Below are positions 57,291-64,000 of a stretch of DNA of 64,000 nucleotides, in pieces. The notes below the pieces were generated by a model. The model was not told the origin of the DNA. It searched no databases and was given only the letters and a program-made list of their open reading frames with translations. The number at the start of each line of letters is the position of its first letter. Position 1 is the first letter of the stretch. The stretch covers positions 74,772,001-74,836,000 of the forward strand of contig NC_043001.1 in NCBI RefSeq assembly GCF_006345805.1, in the 5' to 3' direction. The DNA is from Octopus sinensis. Taxonomy: Eukaryota. Made by a program: the position numbers and the translations under genes.

Positions 57291-58080
57291 AATACAATGT
57301 TTATGGGTTTTTTATTTACTTCTATCATGTGTGTATATATATGTGTATATATATATCTTTATGTAGATATATGTATACATATATATGTGTGTGTGTCTGT
57401 ACATATTTACTCACACACATACACACACATATATGTATATATATATATATGTGTGTGTGTGTATATATATATATATTAACAAATATGCGCATGTGTATAT
57501 ATACATATACTGGTGTGTGAGATGAAGGGGACAGTCACCTCAGGCTCAAATAAGGAACCCCAAACAATCCTGATTGAGAAAGCAAATATTCTTCGTACCA
57601 CCATTGGGGTACATATTCAGAACAGTTGGTTCGCCAAGGCAACTTTTATTATTCTCACTCGCTTTTCCTCAAATTACCCTCTCTACTTCCATATTACCAG
57701 CAGAAAGACCATCCTGCGGCCAGATTCCCTATTTATGCATTGTTTCTGATATATTACGTCTAATTTTCTTTTGAAGCCTTTATTCGTTTAATAGTACTCA
57801 CTTGATTGGTAAATTTAAGGTATAATTACAGAAATGCACCCTGCCGAATTTGTTTCCTTATATATTTTTATGGAAAAATAGATTCTTTTTATTTCTACAA
57901 ATAATTTCCATGTGGTGTGGATTACAATTATCTCGGGGTTTGTGATGAAATTTTTGGAGTGGAATTTCGGAGAATTCACACGCTGGGGTTGTATTTCCCC
58001 ATGGCTTTCAGAAAAATTAGTATTTTTAAATGAAATTTCCACAAATAACTTTCAGATGATTTTAATGACAGAGATTAGTG

Positions 58081-58385
58081 ACACTCTCTCGGTTACGACG
58101 ACGAGGATTCCAGCCGACCTCATCAACGGATCAGCCTGCTCGTGAAATTAATGTGCAAATGGCTGAACACTCCACACTGCCTTTAATATAGTTCTCGGTA
58201 GGATTTAGCATGTGACAAGGCTAGCGTTTTGAATTACAGGCAAAACTCATTTTTACCAGGTAAGTGGACTAGAACAACATGAAATAAAGTATCTTTCTCA
58301 AGAGCACAACGCACAACCGGGAATCGAACTCTCAGCCTCACAGCCTTGCGCCGAATACCCTAAACACTAAGCCACGTACCTTCAC
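58081..58385 (-). mobile_element. SINE, head B with tail type 2, diverged
   Basis: Reverse of GGCTTAGTG..GTTCGATTCCC head and GTCGTAACCGA tail. Confidence 0.75.
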
Positions 58386-58489
58386 AGATTTAGATTGAAA
58401 TGATATAGAAATTTAATGTGGAAAGAAATGGTGAGAAATGGATATTTTTAGCTGATAAGGCCCTATAAATTTGAAACATGTCCACTAAT

Positions 58490-58920
58490 CTCACTGGTTA
58501 TCTTCTATATTTATTCAAAGAGAGAGAAGGAAAGAGAGAGAGAAAGAAAGAGAGAGAGAGACTGAATGAAACAGACATAGATTTAAAGAGAGGAACTGCA
58601 GAGGGTGAGGGAGAATATGTGTAGGCAAGAGAAACAGAGAATGAGAAAAAGAAAGCGAAGAGAGAAATAAGTAGAGAGAGAAGGGAGAGAATCGGTTGAA
58701 AATTGCAGAAGTCGAAGAGAGAGAATTGGTTGAAAACTGCAGTTTTTAGAGAAAAACCCATGTGAAAGAACTTTTCCGGCTCTCTCAGTGCTTGACCATC
58801 CTTGGCACATAAGTAATATTATGTAAAGTTTGGTGAAAATCGGTTGAAAACTGTAGAAATGCATACGTACTACACACACACACACACACACACACACATC
58901 CTTTGTTTTATATATATAGA
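58490..58920 (-). mobile_element. Helitron 5' end
   Basis: Minus strand starts A^TCTATATATATAAAACAAAGGATGTG..CAACCGATTTTCACCAAAC. Confidence 0.65.
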
Positions 58921-59484
58921 TAGGATAATCAGTTGGCACAATCGTTAGAGAGGTGGACAATGCACTGTAGTATTTATACTATCTCTTTGCTTTCTAAGAT
59001 CAAATCTTTCCCCACCAATGTTCACTTTGCCTTTCAGCATTTTGAGATTGATAAAATAAAGTACAAGCTCGAGACGATTCATCTTATTCTCTTTATTCTT
59101 TCTTCTTTTCTCTTTCAAAATTGGCTGTGTTATTTTTTTAGATGGATGTGGAGAACAACCGTATCACTTTCCTTCAAGATCACCATTTTCAATCTATCAC
59201 AATTGAAGAATATGAACCTCGATGATTTGTCATTAGCATGTAATATAATTATGATGTTGTGAACGAGAGATACTGCGGTATGCGTATCCTGCATGCGTAA
59301 AACTCATACTGAGCATTTTCCCTTGGTCATATTGCTGATATGGATGAAGAATGTCTATTCTCTTTCTCTCTCCGTCTCTGGCTCTTTTTCAGTGTTTATC
59401 TCTCTCTCTCTCTTCTTTTTTTTCTCTCTCTCTCTCTTCTTTTTTTTCTCTCTCTCTTTCTTTCTCTCTCTCTCTCTCGCTCTT

Positions 59485-59552
<68 letters not shown>

Positions 59553-59824
59553 ACTCATCCACTCTTTCCCGTCATGTGCCATTCCTTCGAGCCATGATAT
59601 GAAGATTCTAAATTATCGTTTTATGTTTTAAATATCCTTCGAAACAGTTTATATTTATTATCTCCATGGGTAATCTTGATAATCTCAGTTTATCAAATTT
59701 TTTCAGCTCACTTCGTTCCATATGTGAAACTACTATTTATCGCTTGGTATTTCACTACCACTTATAGCTTGGGTTTTCATTGTTTTATGTCCATTCCTAT
59801 CTATCAGTAGACATCAGGTTTTGT

Positions 59825-60023
59825 GCAGTTCTATATTTAAGAGATGGGGAATTATGTACATTATATACATTATTTAAATTTCACGGATATTTATCCACAT
59901 CTTGTTTGTTGTTAACACAACGTTTCAGCTCATGTACCCTCCAGCGTTCATCAGGTGTCTTGGGGAAATTTCGAACCTGGGTTCTCATTCCTAAGGGATT
60001 TTTGGATGTTGGTGTTGTTGTTG

Positions 60024-60077
<54 letters not shown>

Positions 60078-60173
60078 TATTATTATTATTATTATTCAGG
60101 CCACTGCCTGGAATCGAACGCGGAATCTTGGGGTTAGTAACCCGCGCTCTTAACCACTACTCTACAAGCCCGT
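59825..60173 (-). mobile_element. tRNA-headed SINE carrying a hammerhead ribozyme
   Basis: A-box TAGAGTAGTGG, B-box GTTCGATTCC, (AAT)n spacer, hammerhead, tail; 8-bp TSD GGTTTTGT at 59817-59824 and 60174-60181. Confidence 0.75.
59914..59959 (-). ncRNA. Minimal hammerhead ribozyme, canonical C3:G8 core
   Basis: GACAC-CTGATGA-AC-GCT(12 nt)AGC-T-GAAA-CGT-T-GTGTT; stem II closing pair imperfect. Confidence 0.65.
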
Positions 60174-60755
60174 GGTTTTGTATTTTCTATTACTATCTAT
60201 CCTATCATTAGACATGAGCTAACGTACCTATGTGAAGGCTCGTGACCTAGTAGTTAGGATGTTGCGCTCAGGAACATAAGATCGTGGTTTCGATTCTCGG
60301 ACCAGGTGGTACGTGTTCTTGGGCTCCAGTCTACTCATGTTGTTCGGCTCTACTCAATTATAAATAAGTTCCAGCCATAGCTGGGAAGTTGACCCTACGA
60401 CGAACATACGTCCCATCTAGGATGTGTGGTGTTGTAATCTCAGCCCCATATACGCCGTAGAAACCGAGTTAAGCTCCAACCTTATGAGCCCTAAGACTTA
60501 TGACTGACCTAAATTGTAAGGGACCAGTAACATACTGGTACCTTACTAATTTTATTTTTATTGTCGACGTATCTACGAAATTCTCCTTGAACCTTTCATC
60601 CTTTTGGGGTCGATGAAATTAAGTTGGGAACTAGGACGATGAATTGGCGGAATTGGTGAACAAAAAAAAATGTTTAGCATTATTTATGGTGACCGGTTTT
60701 ACGTTCTTAGTTCCGATGTCAGTGATATGAACTTACCTGTATCTAAATGACAATA

Positions 60756-61066
60756 GTGTGGAGGCAGATGGCCTAGTGGTCAGAGCAGTGGACTCGCAGT
60801 CGAAGGATCGCGTGTTCGAATCTCAGACCGGGCGATGTATGTGTTTATGAGCGAAAACACCTAAGCTCCACGTGGCTCCGGCAGAAGGTAATGCCGAACT
60901 TCTGCTTACTCTTTCACCACAACTATCTCTCACTCTTCCTCCTGCATCTTGCAGCTCACCTGCGACGGACCGGCGTCCCGTTCAGGTGGGGAACCTATAC
61001 GCTAAGGAAGCCAGGAAACCGGCCCTTATGAGCCAGGCGTGGCTCGAGAAGGATCAAAGAAGGAAC
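60756..61066 (+). mobile_element. tRNA SINE, head D with tail type 3
   Basis: TGGCCTAGTGG..GTTCGAATC; 11-bp TSD AAATGACAATA at 60745-60755 and 61067-61077. Confidence 0.85.
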
Positions 61067-61169
61067 AAATGACAATATAGTGTCTTCTGCAAAGGCGGCG
61101 AGCTAGCAAAATCATTAGTACGCTTTGTCCCCCAGTTTTGGGGGACAGGTCAATTGAGTTTGTTTTTTA

Positions 61170-63734
61170 ATCATAGTTCTAAATTTTTACCCCACCATCA
61201 TGGAGAAAATACAACAAAATACAGTGACGTTCATATGTGAAAGAGGGATGAGCGCGAGGAACGTCACCAAACGTCAATGAAAGAGAGTGCGAGCGTGCGC
61301 AGGGACATCGGGCTGAAAAAGAACAGACGACAGCTGTATTTTTGTCGCAAAAAAGAACAAAAAGGTCAACAGAGCCATTTTTTTGGAGAAGGATCACTTA
61401 GGAGATCTTCAGAAAAGTAAAGCTCTGTTTTTGACAACATTGTTCGAAATAAAAACACCATCAACAACCACAATAACAACAAAAAAATAAAGGTGATAAC
61501 AACAACAACGATGACAAAAACAATGAAGGAACTGAGACACAAACCGGTGTAACAGCTTGGAAAAGCTCTTCTAAAGTTTCTTTCGCTGGAGCAGCCAAGT
61601 CAGCTCTTCAGAGAATACAATTCTCTGAAGATGAACTTTAAAATGCTAGTCGAGAGAAACGGAATAGCTGATTAACCGAGATAATCCAGGATACGATATA
61701 CCGTATAGTGATGTACCATACAATCGGTTTAAAGCCTCCAGTTTGTGTAGTAGTGATCAAGGCAGCTGGTTTCGAGCCTGTATTCAGGAGCTGGATCGCT
61801 ACAATACACAGTGACATCTAATCACTGGTCAGAGTAAACGGTCACCCCTCAGAGCCGTTCAACATCATGCGCTCGGTCTGGTAAGGTTGTCCCCTCTCGT
61901 CTCTCTTATACGCACTGACTCTCGAGCCACTGCTACACAAACTGGGGGCGTTAAGAGGAAACGTGACCGACGTGCTCGCCGCGAGATTGGCACTCGGCCA
62001 GTTCTTCAACGAGAAACACGAAGGTTGTGTTGTCAGAGCTAAGGCACGAGCACTTTGACACGAAAGGACAAAAGCCGAATGGCGGAGGCACGGCATGGCA
62101 ATAAATCATGATCCGATCCTTGCCGGACCACGAAAGGCAAATGACAACTGAGACGGATGTGTGCGGCCTTTCATTGGCGCTTCGCTCAACTGTTCGCGAG
62201 CAGCGGTCAGTCGGGTCGCAGGATGGATTTCACGTCCTACCTCGACGGGCTGCCGCGGCTCTCAGCGACGAGTGTGGAGCGCTGTGAAAGGCCGATAACA
62301 GCCTTTAAAATACGGGAAACAATGGGTAACTGCACCTGGTAAATCGCCTTGTTTGGATGGTCTGCCCTACGAGCTTTACACTTACATGCCAGACTTGTTC
62401 AGCGACCTCTAAGCAAACGTTTATCGCAACTGGCAACAGAATAGGAGAATTCCCAGATTTGTGAGCCGAGGAGCGGTGGCGTTGTTGGACCCGAACAAGG
62501 GGGATTGTATTGACAACTTTAGTCCCATAACTCTGCATTCAGCAGAGTTCAAAATTTTGACCAAGGTGTTAGCTAGGAGGCTGGCGCTTGTGCCATCCCG
62601 AAAAGAGCCATCCTCGATAACTTTCACCTCATGCGATACATCATAGAGAAAGTGGCTAAAGAACCTGGCGAGAGTGAGGCCCTGGTCAATTTAGATCAGT
62701 CTAAAGTTTTCGGAAGGGTCGACCATCTAAACCTAGCGGCGATGATCAAGGCAGCTGGTTTCGAGCCTGTATTCAGGAGCTGGATCGCTGCAATGCACAG
62801 TGACATCTGATCAGTGGTCAGATTGAACGGTCACCTATCAGAGCCGTTCGACATCATGCGCTCGGTCTGGTATGGTTGTCCCCTCTCGTCTCTCTTGTAC
62901 GCACTGACTCTCGAACCACTGCTACACAAACTGAAGGCGTTAAGAGGTATCTTGCGTGACCTAAGATGTGGGAAATACATGTCGACCTATACCGACGACG
63001 TCATCGTAATGGTGTCGGATCATAAGAAGATAAGCTAGTCGCTCTTTTCCGGAGAACTTTCGGGCCGGATGATGGATAGTTTCCAAAAATCAGTACTACC
63101 GTGGAGATGAATTTTACAGGCACGAAAGTGCCATCAGCCGAGCATGTCCGAGCGCGTGCAGGACGACAAGACAGTCCTACATGTACTCGTCCACTGCCCG
63201 AACATTGCTGACCTGTGGATTTATGTGGAAGACCTGCTGTAGTGTGTGGGACGGTTCCAGCTATCAACTGAATCCATCGTAAAGATCGCCTCGCCGCCTT
63301 CCTTTAAAAGGAAAGGCTGTTTTTATATGCCTGGTGGCCATGGCGAAAGAGGTTTATGGTGGAAGAGATTGAAGGAGCTGAAGACAAACACTTTTCTCTT
63401 TGGCCATTCCCTGATGAACTTCTTCAAATTTCACTTGAAAAGGAAAATAAAGGCAGAGAGGGAAGTGTTGTCTTCTCGCCAATCTACTGAAAGGTGGATG
63501 AAAGTGGCGAGAATGGTACAAGTGAACGGGCCTGCCCTAAGCAAATACCTGTAGTTGGAAAAAAGGAAAGAAAAAAGGCACCTATCCCAAAAGTCAGGGT
63601 ACCCATGGGTTTTTCATGGGTTTTTTTCCATGAGCAGCCCTAATACGTCTCCTCCATATTGATGGTAATATATTGTTTTTTTTCTAAATGTTGTTAGTTT
63701 TGTTTACACACAAATCTATCACAACACACACTTA

Positions 63735-63827
<93 letters not shown>

Positions 63828-63889
63828 TCTTTGTTTTGTCCTGTGCTTTCCATAATGTGTTACCTAATGTAAACCCTTGTGATAAAGAA

Positions 63890-63890
<1 letters not shown>
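61170..63890 (+). mobile_element. Rearranged Tx1-like (L1 clade) LINE
   Basis: Asn-rich region then KVSFAGAA..EDEL; RT: DNFSPITLHSAEFKILTKVLARRL, SVWYGCPLSSLLY, YTDDV; zinc knuckle TVLHVLVHCP; 3' UTR ending in (ATT)n. Confidence 0.85.

Positions 63891-63987
<97 letters not shown>
63890..63987. repeat. (ATT)n then (AAT)n microsatellite
   Basis: Direct reading. Confidence 0.95.
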
Positions 63988-63988
<1 letters not shown>

Positions 63989-64000
63989 GGATTGAGGTAA

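Noticed and set aside
60099-60173. Possible tRNA gene
   Set aside because: Anticodon and acceptor stems pair poorly and it is fused to a repeat body inside a TSD; it is a SINE head. The same applies to the other A/B-box hits

Overview
Eukaryotic, AT-rich, microsatellite-dense DNA made almost entirely of decayed and nested transposable elements. The SINE families, TTAGGG repeats and microsatellite load suggest a coleoid cephalopod, probably Octopus (inference only). No intact host gene, true tRNA/rRNA gene or CRISPR array can be supported; most ORFs in the track are microsatellite read-throughs. Recognisable content: at least four Penelope-like elements (PLEs), RLE-type (R4/Dong-like) LINE fragments, two Tx1-like LINEs, a near full-length decayed RTE-BovB LINE, a mariner, a Tc1, a Tc2-like MITE, Helitrons, two foldback elements carrying telomeric repeats, and many tRNA-derived SINEs (labelled here families A-D, my own labels) with exchangeable heads and tails. 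Best leads: (1) a PLE whose ORF reads 2A-like peptide, PLE N-terminal domain, Ulp1/C48-like cysteine protease, then RT; (2) minimal hammerhead ribozymes from unrelated repeat families showing covariation at the core 3:8 pair (C:G, U:A, A:U); (3) a TSD-flanked tRNA-promoter SINE carrying a hammerhead; (4) a 354-bp retrozyme-like unit. Everything was read by eye, so boundaries are approximate unless anchored by a TSD, TIR or motif.
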